Virus record (IMG/VR): IMGVR_UViG_2740892440_000003
Length of the DNA stretch: 61,023 bases
Source: a virus
Lineage: Duplodnaviria; Heunggongvirae; Uroviricota; Caudoviricetes
Reading direction: 5' to 3' (one strand)
The position numbers were made by a program, and so were the translations under genes. The notes beneath the pieces were generated by a model. That model had not been told where the DNA came from, made no database searches, and saw nothing but the letters and a program-made list of their open reading frames with translations. The stretch's first letter is position 1; every line of letters starts with the position of its first letter. Shown here piece by piece: positions 10,011 through 22,190 of the stretch.

Positions 10011-10013
10011 TGT

Positions 10014-11498
10014 TCATTCATTAAGCCATGCCAGAGCTTCATCAACCTGCGCTTCGTCTTCGACGCTAAGCACTTCATCCTGGGGAACATAATCCGCCAG
10101 CATAGCGAAACAATATGTATCCCAATGGTCTGGTGAGTGCAGGTTGAGTTTTTTCTTCATATCCTCCTTACTCATCACCTTCCATTGACCTGCGGAGTTA
10201 ATCCCTACAGGGATTTTCGACGCTTCCTCAATAGTTTCATTACCCTTATCCAGTCTCATACGACCTGATTTTACGGCCTCTGCGGCTTGAACGTTGGCAT
10301 AAGCACGTTTATCAAAGTACAGGCTCTTATCTTCACGGCTATGCATCTTTTTACCCCAGCGTATACGCTGTACGGTAATACCATAATACTCGTACATCAG
10401 ATCCGCCGTTGCTTTACCCAGCCCATCGCCGTCTATCGCTATGGTGATATTTGGGAATCGCTCAGGATTACATTCTGCGAAAATTTTGGCGGCAAGCTGC
10501 GTTTCTGTAACGTCTGTGTATTCCAGCATTCGATAGTTGATTACACGGCGTTTATTTCTCTGGCCGGACACCATCATGATATTGATAACGGACTTATCCC
10601 GTCCCGTACCACCAGCAACGTCCACACATGCAAGCCAGCCCCATCCTTTGGCAATCTTGACTTTCCGCCGCGTCGCACGTTCAACCTCATCACGTCCAAG
10701 AAGGAAGCCATCCTGTGATTTAGGGAATAGTCCGCGTACCTTAATCATGTACATAGGGTTATCACGCCCGCCGTACTCCGCCAGCTTCATTTTGATAAAT
10801 GCTGGCGTTACCAGCGGTGATTCCTCACTGTTAAGCGTGATCGCCGTATAAACGCCATCAGGGTTACCAGGACGCTTGGCCAGTTTATGGTGAGTATCGT
10901 AGAAATAGCCGCTTGGGCGTGTAGGCTGTGACAGTAATAAGATGCGGTTATCCTGTCCGGTAAGAGCACCAGTGATGATACCGAAAGCTCTATCACTGAC
11001 ACCGGAGGCTTCATCGATAATATACAGAAGATGATCTGCGTGTTCACCGGCGAGAGCTTCTTCACTTCCCAGACGAAAGCCCTTCGGTACTACAGTCCAT
11101 ACACCTTTACCAGTAACCTCATAGAAAGCGGTTTCTGTCAGAACAAAATAATCAGCAAGCCATGGAAAACGGCTGGTGGCAGTAGCCCAGTTTATCTTGA
11201 TGTACTTGAATATACCGGTCATTACCTGCTGAATTTTGTTCGCAACGATAATGGCGCGGGCACCGGGATACATGATTATGAACAACATGATCATGATAGA
11301 AGTCATGTCTGATTTCCCGGTACCGTGACCAGACGAAACAGATGTCTTGCTACCCTGTTCCTGCACAGACTCAATAATCAGATCCTGCTGCCAGGTAGGT
11401 GTTTTGCCGAACAAAACATCAGCGGCAGCAATCCAGTCATAACGATATAGCGCCACCAGCTCGCGCCAACGTGGATCCGTTACGCAACTTCTGGCCAT
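10014..11498 (-). CDS. pacB: PacB, terminase large subunit
   Basis: 494 aa, the size of P1 PacB; lies downstream of pacA with a 1-nt overlap. Confidence 0.85.
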   Translation of the reverse strand: MARSCVTDPRWRELVALYRYDWIAAADVLFGKTPTWQQDLIIESVQEQGSKTSVSSGHGTGKSDMTSIMIMLFIIMYPGARAIIVANKIQQVMTGIFKYIKINWATATSRFPWLADYFVLTETAFYEVTGKGVWTVVPKGFRLGSEEALAGEHADHLLYIIDEASGVSDRAFGIITGALTGQDNRILLLSQPTRPSGYFYDTHHKLAKRPGNPDGVYTAITLNSEESPLVTPAFIKMKLAEYGGRDNPMYMIKVRGLFPKSQDGFLLGRDEVERATRRKVKIAKGWGWLACVDVAGGTGRDKSVINIMMVSGQRNKRRVINYRMLEYTDVTETQLAAKIFAECNPERFPNITIAIDGDGLGKATADLMYEYYGITVQRIRWGKKMHSREDKSLYFDKRAYANVQAAEAVKSGRMRLDKGNETIEEASKIPVGINSAGQWKVMSKEDMKKKLNLHSPDHWDTYCFAMLADYVPQDEVLSVEDEAQVDEALAWLNE

Positions 11499-12691
11499 TA
11501 ATCATCATCCCCGTATAGCTTGCGGGTAACTTCTTCGTCTTCCTCCTCGTCTTCGTCCAGGTCTTGTTCCAGCCATGGGTCGTTTGATACACCTTCAGTA
11601 TCAACATCTCCATAACCGCCTGTATCAACGATATCGGCGATTTCTTCCCTACGCTGCTCAATCCACAATGCGGCATCGGCGCGGCGGTTGGCGGCCCGTT
11701 CTCGCGCAACTTTGTCCAGATCTTCAAGAGAAGGGCCACCGACGGCTGTTTGCCTTTCCTCATCATCGGTATTGGTCTTAGGAGCACGCAGATCGGCTTT
11801 GATTTGCTCCAGCATCAGGGGCGGCACTTTTCCGCCATGCGCCTCGATGAATTCAGCTGCTTCCAGCACTGACCAGTTATTTTCACGCTTTCGTTCGTAT
11901 GCCAGCTTAACAATGCCAGCTTGCCCCATAGATAAAGCGTGCTTTTCCGCCTCCCGGCTTTCTTTTCGATAGTTATTCCGGATGCTGTAAATGGTGTTGA
12001 TCAGGCTGCTTATCTGCGCGGAACAGCTGTTTAGCATGCTCGCGATACGATATTCAGGCGGAGTCCCTTCATCATCGTCTTTTTGCTGATCGCGCATTTC
12101 CTGCACCAGACGAATACACGTATCCCTGGCGTTCTCCAGCATAAGGAGATGAGAAAGAGACTTTTCCAGAAGAGTGGTTTCCAGAACATCGGCCCCGGAC
12201 CGACGCAACATAGCGCGAGCGGCCTTCCGCGCTTCAACGTTATCTATCAGGTAATCGCCAGCTTCGAATTCAAAGCGTTCACCATCATCATCCAGGGTGT
12301 CGCGTTCCAGGCGATCACGTAAGGTCCGGTGGGCGCGGGTGATCACGTCATGATCATCTGAACGATCATTTATGCGCTTATTTTGGCGCTTCGCATTCTC
12401 GACTGCGGCACTGACAACGGCATTAACTCTCTGTTTTTCCGCTATTTCAGCCGCAATATGATCACCTGCATGTTGATCATTAGAGTGATCAATGATCATG
12501 CTTTTTAGTGGCTTCCTGACTGGCTTATTTGGCTTGCGGCTGTCCGCAGTCCTGGTGTCTTCTTTGAAGGCACGGAGATAACGACGTGCAGTATTAGGGT
12601 TAAGATTAAACTCGGCGGCATACTGTGCGATGGTGTAACCACCATCTCGCGCCAGGCGAGCAAAATTCTTCTTGTGATCGTCCCAGGTCAC
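11498..12691 (-). CDS. pacA: PacA, terminase small subunit (pac recognition)
   Basis: 397 aa, the size of P1 PacA; acidic C-terminus; contains the pac-type GATC hexamer clusters. Confidence 0.85.
   Translation of the reverse strand: MTWDDHKKNFARLARDGGYTIAQYAAEFNLNPNTARRYLRAFKEDTRTADSRKPNKPVRKPLKSMIIDHSNDQHAGDHIAAEIAEKQRVNAVVSAAVENAKRQNKRINDRSDDHDVITRAHRTLRDRLERDTLDDDGERFEFEAGDYLIDNVEARKAARAMLRRSGADVLETTLLEKSLSHLLMLENARDTCIRLVQEMRDQQKDDDEGTPPEYRIASMLNSCSAQISSLINTIYSIRNNYRKESREAEKHALSMGQAGIVKLAYERKRENNWSVLEAAEFIEAHGGKVPPLMLEQIKADLRAPKTNTDDEERQTAVGGPSLEDLDKVARERAANRRADAALWIEQRREEIADIVDTGGYGDVDTEGVSNDPWLEQDLDEDEEEDEEVTRKLYGDDD
12340..12500. other. pac: pac packaging site (two clusters of TGATCA/G hexamers)
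   Basis: GATC-containing hexamers clustered at 12341-12370 and 12459-12497 inside pacA, as described for the Dam-regulated P1 pac site. Confidence 0.6.
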
Positions 12692-12776
12692 TTATGCTTC
12701 CTTTCGTAAAAACTCTTTTTGACGCGAGGGTAACGAAAGTCACATGTCAAAAGGCCCGGAACGGGCAAGCAATCAA

Positions 12777-13199
12777 TCAGATACGTGCGGATGTGGCATT
12801 ACCGTAATGACGGTGCTGACGGGCCACCTTATTGAAAAGTTGACGCGCCATTACCCAAGGCTGGTGCTCCCGGCGTTCCTTTTCGTCCTGCGTCATATAG
12901 AGTTCGTTCTGGAGTTTTTCATCAAACCGGCGCGGCGCGCGGCTGCGGCGAAAGAATTCAGGATTTAGAGAGTGGATCTGAAATCGACGTGGGCGTGTAC
13001 TGTCATCAATCAAAACAGACGAATACTTAGACACAGCGATAGCCTTTAAGCGCAGATAAACGTCGCGCTTATCGACATCCAGATGCGGGTATTCCTTTTC
13101 AAGGATTGCTGCGAGTTCTTTCGCTGATAGAAGAGATTTAGTGCGGATCATGTAATCCGCAATCTCATACGATGTTATTCGTGAGTGATTTATTTCCAT
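12777..13199 (-). CDS. lpa: Lpa-like late promoter activator (tentative)
   Basis: About 140 aa from MEINHSRITSYEIADYMIR; position immediately after pacA as in P1; sequence identity not verified. Confidence 0.45.
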   Translation of the reverse strand: MEINHSRITSYEIADYMIRTKSLLSAKELAAILEKEYPHLDVDKRDVYLRLKAIAVSKYSSVLIDDSTRPRRFQIHSLNPEFFRRSRAPRRFDEKLQNELYMTQDEKERREHQPWVMARQLFNKVARQHRHYGNATSARI

Positions 13200-13299
13200 G
13201 AAGTGGCGTCCCTGCCAGTTAAGTAACATCCTGTCACCTACTGATTAGCCCATGTCAACTAATCAACGTGGAATATAATACCCTCGATTAAATAAATAT

Positions 13300-13316
13300 C
13301 AATACATTAGAGCAAT
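13300..13316 (-). promoter_or_regulatory. C1 operator-like site (14/17)
   Basis: caatacattagagcaat between the 13318-14361 gene and lpa. Confidence 0.4.
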
Positions 13317-13317
13317 T

Positions 13318-14361
13318 TTATCTATCGCTCGACGAATGACTTGTGATAGCGCCGACTCCAAGCGCGTAATCAAAGAACAATCGTTGATGCATCGCCAGCC
13401 TGCCGTGCGTCTTCTCCCAATTATCGCGGTCACGCTCAATATCACGCTGGCATGACTGGCACAGAGGAATTGCGTAAATGTCATGCGCGCATAATCGACT
13501 ATGACGAACGATATAAGGCGTAATGTGAGCGCCAGCTCCCGCCGCTCCACACCCACAGCATGGACGGGAAGCAACAAAGTCCATGTACTCAGGTAATTTT
13601 AGCGATTGCAGTTTTGGTATTTTGAAATGCGCCATGCCAGGGTCGGAGTCAACATCCACAGGGCATACTTTTGCACGCATCGGCGCGGCGCGTTCTTCCA
13701 TCATCTGAACATATGCTGTAGCGCGATCGTCATACGGGCGAATATCCGCCTCTTTCAGAGGTCCGCTATCCTGCGTTGCGGCTTTCATCTTATTTATTGA
13801 TATACGGCAAACTTCTTCCGGCATCAGGTGCATCATGTTGCGCATGAAAGCCCACCAGCACAGTTCCTGAATACTTAAATCATGGCCATCTGAAAGCCCC
13901 ATTTCCTGACGGGCGACATCCAGTATCCAGTTAACGCGATTATTATGCAGCGTTTCTTTCAGCTCATTAAAACCACGCATCCGGTAATGGTTATCGTGAT
14001 GCCAGCACAACAACACCGCGCTATTGTCTCGTTCTGCGTGGACAATATGGTTGTCACACCAGCTACGATCTGCGGCCTGGCATTGCCCCTCTTTCCTGCG
14101 CAACCACGCCACCAGCGCGTCAATTCCACCAATACGGCGAAACAGTTCATCGCTGTTAAAAAACGGCTGCAACGCCTCATTTGTTGCCATAGTTTGCTCG
14201 GAAACAACGAGGCCGTCGTCCATGTGCTCGATTAACTCACGCGGCACCGGCTCCATAATAAATTTACGGCCAGCCTCCACCAGCTTTCTGACTTCCTGAT
14301 CCACTTTGAATGTGGCGACGCCAAGCTCTTTTTGTACAAAGGGAGTAATTACGGCTTTCAC
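13318..14361 (-). CDS. hypothetical protein with a C-terminal Cys-rich zinc-ribbon-like region
   Basis: 347 aa; C-terminal CCGCG...CAHD...CQSCQ cluster; sits between doc and lpa. Confidence 0.45.
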   Translation of the reverse strand: MKAVITPFVQKELGVATFKVDQEVRKLVEAGRKFIMEPVPRELIEHMDDGLVVSEQTMATNEALQPFFNSDELFRRIGGIDALVAWLRRKEGQCQAADRSWCDNHIVHAERDNSAVLLCWHHDNHYRMRGFNELKETLHNNRVNWILDVARQEMGLSDGHDLSIQELCWWAFMRNMMHLMPEEVCRISINKMKAATQDSGPLKEADIRPYDDRATAYVQMMEERAAPMRAKVCPVDVDSDPGMAHFKIPKLQSLKLPEYMDFVASRPCCGCGAAGAGAHITPYIVRHSRLCAHDIYAIPLCQSCQRDIERDRDNWEKTHGRLAMHQRLFFDYALGVGAITSHSSSDR

Positions 14362-14572
14362 ATCACACCTTTCATCACTGATTGGGCTTTATCTGCTGCC
14401 CGGCATTCTCTGTTTAAGCACAACCATTTCCTGACGGCATAACACAGCAATAGCGGTCCTGGCACCAATTTGCTTACCAACCAGGTATTGCTTTACCTCG
14501 CGGCGACTCACACCATCAAGAAGCATCTTTAACGCTTTATGGGACAATTTGTTGCATTTGCGTGCCATTAAT

Positions 14573-14953
14573 CTACTCCGCAGAACCATACAATCTACGT
14601 AACGTGGCGGCGACAGAAGATACAGATATCTCTCCGGTCGCAGCCCCTACGGTAAGGTCTGCCAGTTCAGGTGAATCAAATACCTGCACCCCGTTACGGC
14701 GTAGAAATAACAGCGCACTGTTTAGCGCGGTACGCTTATTGGCATCATTGAATATATGCCCTCTCGCTGTAGCCACCAGGTAGGTGGCGGAGACTTCGAA
14801 AAGGTCGGTAATCTCTTCGTACACAACTCTGGCCTGGACTCTCCCGATAATGGCCTCTGCCCTGCCCGGATCTGACATGCCAGGCAGGCCGCCGTAGCGG
14901 CTTATATTCGCATCATGAAGCGCTATCAGTTCTTCCGGTGATATATGCCTCAT
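14573..14953 (-). CDS. doc: Doc toxin (Fic-fold kinase) of the phd-doc addiction module
   Basis: 126-aa translation ([25 protein letters not shown]...) matches P1 Doc as I recall it. Confidence 0.95.
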
Positions 14954-15174
14954 TATCGGTTAACCAGTTCCTTGTTGGTGGAGTCCAGGGTGTCAAACAG
15001 GGATGCAAATTCAGCATCCAGCGCCGCTTTTTTGTAGGCTTCGAAAGTAGCCTTGCTGACAATTACTGCTGGCTCACGGCCTCTGCGGGTGATTTCAACC
15101 TCTTCCCCGGCCTCAACATTGTTGAGCACTTCAGAAAGGTTGCCGCGCGCGGTACGGAAGTTAATGGATTGCAT
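14953..15174 (-). CDS. phd: Phd antitoxin
   Basis: 73 aa from [41 protein letters not shown]..., matching P1 Phd; stop overlaps the doc start. Confidence 0.95.
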
Positions 15175-15350
15175 AAACACCTCGTGTACTCGTTATGTGT
15201 ACACAATTATAAACTTCACAGGCATAAAGCACCAGCACTTTGCGTCTTAACAAACCTCTAGGCAGATCATTCGTAACCTAATGTCCGAACTGCTAAAGCA
15301 TCCAAGTTGCTGTAGAATCACCGCCAATTACATAAGCCTGAAATAAGTGG

Positions 15351-16909
15351 ATGAAAATGACAAGTATTCAACAACGTGCAGAGCTTCATCGTCAAATCTG
15401 GCAAATTGCTAACGATGTCAGGGGTTCGGTCGATGGATGGGATTTTAAGCAATACGTTCTGGGCGCACTTTTCTACCGTTTTATCAGCGAAAATTTTTCC
15501 AGTTATATTGAAGCCGGTGATGACAGTATCTGTTATGCGAAACTGGATGACAGCGTAATTACTGATGACATTAAAGACGATGCCATCAAAACTAAAGGCT
15601 ACTTCATCTACCCCAGTCAGCTTTTCTGCAACGTAGCTGCGAAAGCAAATACTAATGACAGACTGAATGCAGATTTAAACAGCATCTTCGTTGCTATCGA
15701 AAGTTCTGCTTACGGTTATCCTTCAGAAGCTGACATCAAAGGTTTGTTTGCTGATTTCGATACCACCAGTAACCGCCTGGGTAACACCGTTAAAGATAAA
15801 AATGCCCGCCTGGCTGCGGTTCTGAAAGGGGTTGAAGGGTTAAAACTTGGTGACTTCAACGAACATCAGATTGACCTGTTCGGTGATGCCTATGAGTTCC
15901 TGATTTCTAACTATGCGGCAAATGCCGGTAAGTCAGGCGGTGAGTTCTTTACACCGCAGCACGTCTCCAAGCTGATTGCACAACTGGCTATGCACGGGCA
16001 GACCCACGTTAACAAAATCTACGACCCGGCAGCGGGTTCCGGCTCACTGTTGTTGCAGGCGAAAAAACAGTTTGATAACCATATCATCGAAGAAGGCTTT
16101 TTCGGTCAGGAAATCAACCATACGACCTATAACCTGGCGCGTATGAACATGTTTTTGCACAACATCAACTACGACAAGTTTGATATCAAGCTGGGCAATA
16201 CGCTGACTGAACCGCACTTCAGAGATGAAAAACCGTTTGATGCCATCGTTTCTAACCCGCCGTATTCGGTGAAATGGATTGGCAGCGATGACCCGACGCT
16301 GATTAACGATGAGCGTTTTGCCCCGGCTGGCGTTCTGGCCCCCAAATCCAAAGCTGACTTCGCCTTTGTACTACATGCGCTGAACTATCTTTCGGCCAAA
16401 GGTCGCGCTGCGATTGTTTGCTTCCCGGGTATTTTTTACCGTGGCGGCGCAGAGCAGAAAATCCGTCAGTATCTGGTCGACAATAACTATGTCGAAACCG
16501 TGATTTCACTGGCACCGAACCTATTCTTTGGCACCACCATTGCCGTCAATATTCTGGTGTTGTCTAAACATAAAACGGATACCAAAGTTCAGTTTATTGA
16601 TGCCAGCGAATTGTTCAAAAAAGAGACTAACAACAATATCCTGACCGATGCCCATATCGAACAGATTATGCAGGTATTTGCCAGCAAGGAAGATGTTGCC
16701 CATCTGGCGAAATCTGTCACGTTCGAAGCCGTTGTCACTAATGGCTATAACCTGTCGGTGAGCAGCTATGTGGAAGCGAAAGATAACCGCGAAATTATCG
16801 ATATCGCTGAGTTGAATGCAGAGCTGAAAACCACGGTCAGCAAAATAGACCAGTTGCGCAAAGATATTGATGCGATTGTAGCTGAAATTGAAGGCTGCGA
16901 GGTACAGAA

Positions 16910-16913
<4 letters not shown>
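15351..16913 (+). CDS. hsdM: type I restriction-modification methyltransferase subunit HsdM (type IC, EcoR124-like)
   Basis: 520 aa; N6-adenine methyltransferase motif NPPYSV; SAM-binding region [10 protein letters not shown]. Confidence 0.9.
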
Positions 16914-18109
<1,196 letters not shown>

Positions 18110-18230
18110 TTGACCATTGCTACCGATCGGGCCACCTTAACACCCGGTCAGTATATAGACTATTTTTTACGCGCCGGAAGTCACTCTTAACGCCCTTCCG
18201 GCTCTTGCCAGGCGGCACAAAGGATGCGCT

Positions 18231-20858
18231 ATGACTCATCAAACACACACCATTGCTGAATCCAATAACTTTATCGTCCTTGATAAGTACATCAAAGCTG
18301 AGCCAACAGGCGACAGCTACCAGAGCGAATCGGACCTGGAACGTGAACTGATTCAAGACCTGCGGAATCAGGGCTATGAATTTATATCCGTAAAATCACA
18401 GTCGGCGATGCTGGCCAATGTTCGGGAACAGCTTCAGAACCTCAATGGTGTGGTGTTTAATGACAGCGAGTGGCGGCGTTTCACGGAGCAGTATCTGGAT
18501 AACCCGAGCGATGGCATTCTGGATAAGACCCGTAAAATCCATATCGACTATATTTGCGACTTTATTTTTGATGACGAGCGTCTTGAGAACATCTATTTGA
18601 TAGATAAAAAGAATCTCATGCGCAATAAGGTGCAGATTATCCAGCAGTTTGAACAGACGGGTTCTCATGCTAACCGTTATGACGTCACGATCCTGGTTAA
18701 TGGTTTACCGCTGGTGCAAATCGAACTAAAAAAACGCGGGGTGGCGATTCGTGAGGCTTTCAACCAGATACATCGTTACAGTAAAGAGAGTTTTAACAGC
18801 GAAAATTCCCTGTTTAAGTATCTGCAACTGTTTGTCATTTCTAACGGCACCGATACCCGTTATTTTGCCAACACGACAAAGCGCGATAAAAACAGTTTTG
18901 ACTTCACCATGAATTGGGCGAAATCAGACAACACGCTGATTAAAGACCTCAAAGACTTTACCGCTACCTTTTTCCAGAAACATACTCTGCTGAATGTTCT
19001 GGTGAACTACAGCGTTTTTGACAGTAGTCAGACGCTACTGGTGATGCGACCGTACCAGATTGCCGCCACCGAGCGCATTCTGTGGAAAATTAAGAGTTCC
19101 TTTACAGCGAAGAACTGGTCAAAACCGGAAAGCGGTGGGTATATCTGGCACACTACCGGTTCTGGTAAAACCCTCACCAGCTTTAAAGCCGCGCGTCTGG
19201 CAACAGAGCTGGACTTTATTGATAAAGTCTTCTTTGTGGTCGACAGGAAAGACCTCGATTACCAGACCATGAAGGAATATCAGCGTTTTTCGCCAGACAG
19301 CGTCAACGGCTCGGAAAATACCGCAGGCCTTAAACGAAATCTGGATAAGGACGATAACAAAATTATCGTCACTACTATTCAGAAACTCAATAACCTGATG
19401 AAAGCAGAAAGCGACCTGCCTGTATATAATCAGCAAGTGGTGTTTATATTTGATGAATGCCACCGCAGCCAGTTTGGAGAAGCGCAGAAAAACCTGAAGA
19501 AGAAATTCAAACGCTATTATCAGTTTGGTTTTACCGGCACACCTATTTTCCCGGAAAACGCCTTAGGCTCAGAAACGACCGCCAGCGTATTTGGTCGTGA
19601 ATTGCATTCGTATGTAATTACCGATGCGATTCGTGATGAAAAAGTGCTCAAATTCAAGGTGGACTACAACGATGTGCGGCCACAGTTTAAGTCTTTAGAG
19701 ACAGAAACTGACGAGAAAAAACTAAGTGCGGCTGAAAATCAGCAGGCGTTTCTTCATCCCATGCGTATACAGGAAATTACGCAATATATTCTGAATAACT
19801 TCCGCCAGAAGACGCACCGTACTTTCCCTGGCGCAAAAGGTTTTAATGCTATGTTGGCAGTGAGCAGCGTGGATGCTGCAAAAGCCTATTACGCGGCGTT
19901 TAAACGGTTACAAGAGGAAGCCGTTAATAAATCTGCAACTTATAAACCGCTGCGTGTTGCGACAATCTTCTCCTTTGCCGCTAATGAAGAACAAAATGCC
20001 ATTGGTGAAATTTCCGATGAAACTTTTGATACCAGCGCAATGGACAGCAGTGCTAAAGAGTTTCTTGACGCTGCAATTCGTGAGTATAACAGCTATTTTA
20101 AAACTAACTTCAGCACCGACGGTAACGGTTTTCAGAACTACTATCGCGATTTAGCCCAACGGGTTAAAAATCAGGATATCGATCTGTTAATTGTCGTGGG
20201 GATGTTTTTAACTGGCTTCGATGCTCCAACATTGAACACGCTATTCGTCGATAAAAACCTGCGTTTTCACGGCTTGATGCAGGCATTTTCCCGCACCAAC
20301 CGTATTTATGATGCAACTAAAACCTTCGGTAATATCGTCACTTTCCGGGATCTGGAACGCTCAACTATTGATGCCATAACGCTGTTTGGTGACAAAAACA
20401 CCAAAAATGTGGTTTTAGAAAAGAGTTATGCAGAGTATATGGAAGGCTTTACTGATGCTGCCACTGGTGAAGCTAAGCGCGGCTTTATGGCAGTAGTTTC
20501 AGAACTGGAACAACGGTTCCCTGACCCTGCCAGTATTGAAAGTGAAAAAGAGAAGAAAGACTTCGTTAAACTGTTTGGTGAATACCTGCGTGCCGAGAAC
20601 ATCCTGCAAAACTATGATGAATTTGCCACGCTGAAAGCCCTGCAACAAATCGATCTTAGCGATCCTGTTGCGGTAGAAAAATTCAAAGAAGAACATTATG
20701 TGGATGATGAAAAGTTCGCTGAATTGCAAACGATTCGTCTCCCTGCTGAACGCAAGATTCAGGATTATCGTTCTGCCTATAACGATATTCGTGACTGGCA
20801 GCGCCGCGAGAAAGAAGCTGAGAAAAAAGAGAAATCAACACTGACTGGGACGATGTAG
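18231..20858 (+). CDS. hsdR: type I R-M restriction subunit HsdR, N-terminal 875 aa (frame broken at the A6 run 20824-20829)
   Basis: Superfamily 2 helicase motifs (TGSGKT Walker A, DECH box); ends prematurely. One extra A in the run at 20824-20829 would join it to the 20873-21346 frame, giving about 1030 aa. Confidence 0.8.
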   Translation: MTHQTHTIAESNNFIVLDKYIKAEPTGDSYQSESDLERELIQDLRNQGYEFISVKSQSAMLANVREQLQNLNGVVFNDSEWRRFTEQYLDNPSDGILDKTRKIHIDYICDFIFDDERLENIYLIDKKNLMRNKVQIIQQFEQTGSHANRYDVTILVNGLPLVQIELKKRGVAIREAFNQIHRYSKESFNSENSLFKYLQLFVISNGTDTRYFANTTKRDKNSFDFTMNWAKSDNTLIKDLKDFTATFFQKHTLLNVLVNYSVFDSSQTLLVMRPYQIAATERILWKIKSSFTAKNWSKPESGGYIWHTTGSGKTLTSFKAARLATELDFIDKVFFVVDRKDLDYQTMKEYQRFSPDSVNGSENTAGLKRNLDKDDNKIIVTTIQKLNNLMKAESDLPVYNQQVVFIFDECHRSQFGEAQKNLKKKFKRYYQFGFTGTPIFPENALGSETTASVFGRELHSYVITDAIRDEKVLKFKVDYNDVRPQFKSLETETDEKKLSAAENQQAFLHPMRIQEITQYILNNFRQKTHRTFPGAKGFNAMLAVSSVDAAKAYYAAFKRLQEEAVNKSATYKPLRVATIFSFAANEEQNAIGEISDETFDTSAMDSSAKEFLDAAIREYNSYFKTNFSTDGNGFQNYYRDLAQRVKNQDIDLLIVVGMFLTGFDAPTLNTLFVDKNLRFHGLMQAFSRTNRIYDATKTFGNIVTFRDLERSTIDAITLFGDKNTKNVVLEKSYAEYMEGFTDAATGEAKRGFMAVVSELEQRFPDPASIESEKEKKDFVKLFGEYLRAENILQNYDEFATLKALQQIDLSDPVAVEKFKEEHYVDDEKFAELQTIRLPAERKIQDYRSAYNDIRDWQRREKEAEKKEKSTLTGTM

Positions 20859-20872
20859 TTTTTGAGGTCGAT

Positions 20873-21346
20873 TTGCTGAAGTCTCAGGAAATAAACCTGG
20901 ATTATATCCTTGGACTGATTTTCGAACACAACAGACAAAATAAAGGCAAGGGCGAAATGATCGAAGAGGTCAAACGCTTAATTCGTTCAAGCCTGGGAAA
21001 CCGGGCGAAAGAGGGCCTGGTGGTCGATTTTATTCAGCAAACGAACCTGGATGATTTACCAGACAAAGCCAGTATCATTGAGGCATTCTTTACGTTTGCT
21101 CAACGCGAACAGCAACGTGAAGCAGAAGCATTGATAAAAGAAGAAAACCTCAATGAAGAAGCAGCAAAACGCTATATTCGCACGTCTTTAAAACGCGAAT
21201 ACGCCACCGAAAATGGCACAGAATTAAACGAAACATTACCAAAACTTAGTCCGTTGAATCCGCAATATAAAACGAAAAAACAGGCAGTTTTCCAGAAAAT
21301 CGTCTCGTTTATTGAGAAGTTTAAAGGCGTAGGCGGAAAAATATAG
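20873..21346 (+). CDS. hsdR: HsdR C-terminal domain fragment (downstream frame)
   Basis: The same frame reads ...[20 protein letters not shown]... upstream of the annotated start, continuous with HsdR if the A-run is 7 nt long. Confidence 0.6.
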   Translation: MLKSQEINLDYILGLIFEHNRQNKGKGEMIEEVKRLIRSSLGNRAKEGLVVDFIQQTNLDDLPDKASIIEAFFTFAQREQQREAEALIKEENLNEEAAKRYIRTSLKREYATENGTELNETLPKLSPLNPQYKTKKQAVFQKIVSFIEKFKGVGGKI

Positions 21347-21425
21347 CCCAATTCGTGTTTTTCTTGCGGGTTCTTAATTAAACCCGCAAGAGACCGTGGG
21401 GTTCCAAATGGCTAATATACTCCCC

Positions 21426-21512
21426 TTACCCATGCGCAACGATGCCGCCAAAAATGATAGAGAACAGCCAGAAATAGATCGCGGCCATAATGATTTTGAA
21501 TGCCGTGTTCAT
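21426..21512 (-). CDS. small hydrophobic peptide (28 aa, single predicted transmembrane helix)
   Basis: MNTAFKIIMAAIYFWLFSIIFGGIVAHG, with an AGGAG RBS 8 nt upstream of the ATG; lies in the hsdR/ppp-block intergenic region. Confidence 0.35.
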   Translation of the reverse strand: MNTAFKIIMAAIYFWLFSIIFGGIVAHG

Positions 21513-21540
21513 ATTTTCAGCTCCTGTGATTGATTGGATA

Positions 21541-21572
21541 CATGCCGCGCCTTGCGGCATGTTTTTATTTTC
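21541..21572 (+). terminator. rho-independent terminator (plus strand)
   Basis: 8-bp GC-rich stem catgccgc/gcggcatg with a 5-nt loop, followed by tttttattttc. Confidence 0.6.
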
Positions 21573-21594
21573 ACTTTCTCTGTTTTAAAAATCA

Positions 21595-21611
21595 ATATTT
21601 ATTAGAGCAAT
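21595..21611 (-). promoter_or_regulatory. C1 operator (16/17)
   Basis: atatttattagagcaat, overlapping the stop of the 21611-22117 gene and upstream of the small peptide ORF. Confidence 0.6.
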
Positions 21612-22117
21612 TATTGTTGATGAAGAAGCGCATTTTCATACTCCCTGACCATTAACGTAAGTACGCCGTGACTCCTGAAAACACGCGCTACTTCAATCTT
21701 ATCTTCCAGCGCGAACGCAATTTTACTTAGACCAATTTTCTTCAGGAGATCAATCTTTGCTGGACCGTCATTTCTGTCATCGGTGGCAGGACGCATAGAT
21801 AGCAAAGGCTCAGCCCCGTTTGTTACGTGCTTCCGCAGCCAGGCTCGTGTTTTATCCCTTGCGATCTCACAGCGCCCGGTTACAAACCAGACCGTGTAAA
21901 CGTTAAATAACTGGCGCACAATATCAATAACTGGAGTTATGGGAGTATCAGTGTCACAGGCGAGATTAAACTCGTTCCAGTTCTTTGTTAATGCACCTTT
22001 ACCTGGTGGCGGAAGCAAATGCAGTCTGTCTTCCGTTGCCTCCGATATTGTTCCATCAATATCGACTATGACGATATACGGACGTTCCTGGTGTGCGTGT
22101 TTATTGAAAATACTCAA
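21611..22117 (-). CDS. HAD-superfamily phosphatase-like protein
   Basis: 168 aa; N-terminal DIDGT (the DxDGT nucleophile motif of HAD phosphatases). Confidence 0.5.
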   Translation of the reverse strand: MSIFNKHAHQERPYIVIVDIDGTISEATEDRLHLLPPPGKGALTKNWNEFNLACDTDTPITPVIDIVRQLFNVYTVWFVTGRCEIARDKTRAWLRKHVTNGAEPLLSMRPATDDRNDGPAKIDLLKKIGLSKIAFALEDKIEVARVFRSHGVLTLMVREYENALLHQQ

Positions 22118-22190
22118 ATGCCCTCCTCATTGGACGAAAAAAATGCTGGTGGGACGCACTCCACCAGCATTAAAAGTGACACTGTAACTA

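Noticed and set aside
9454-10017. 187-codon track ORF as a single long protein (and the overlapping 9432-9902 ORF)
   Set aside because: Only the C-terminal 73 codons parallel icd; the upstream part coincides with the structured leader where a c4-like RNA is expected.
21365-21395. Inverted repeat cttgcgggtt/aacccgcaag just after hsdR as a terminator
   Set aside because: The T-run precedes rather than follows the stem on the plus strand and no U-run follows on the minus strand; the hairpin at 21541-21572 is the convincing terminator.
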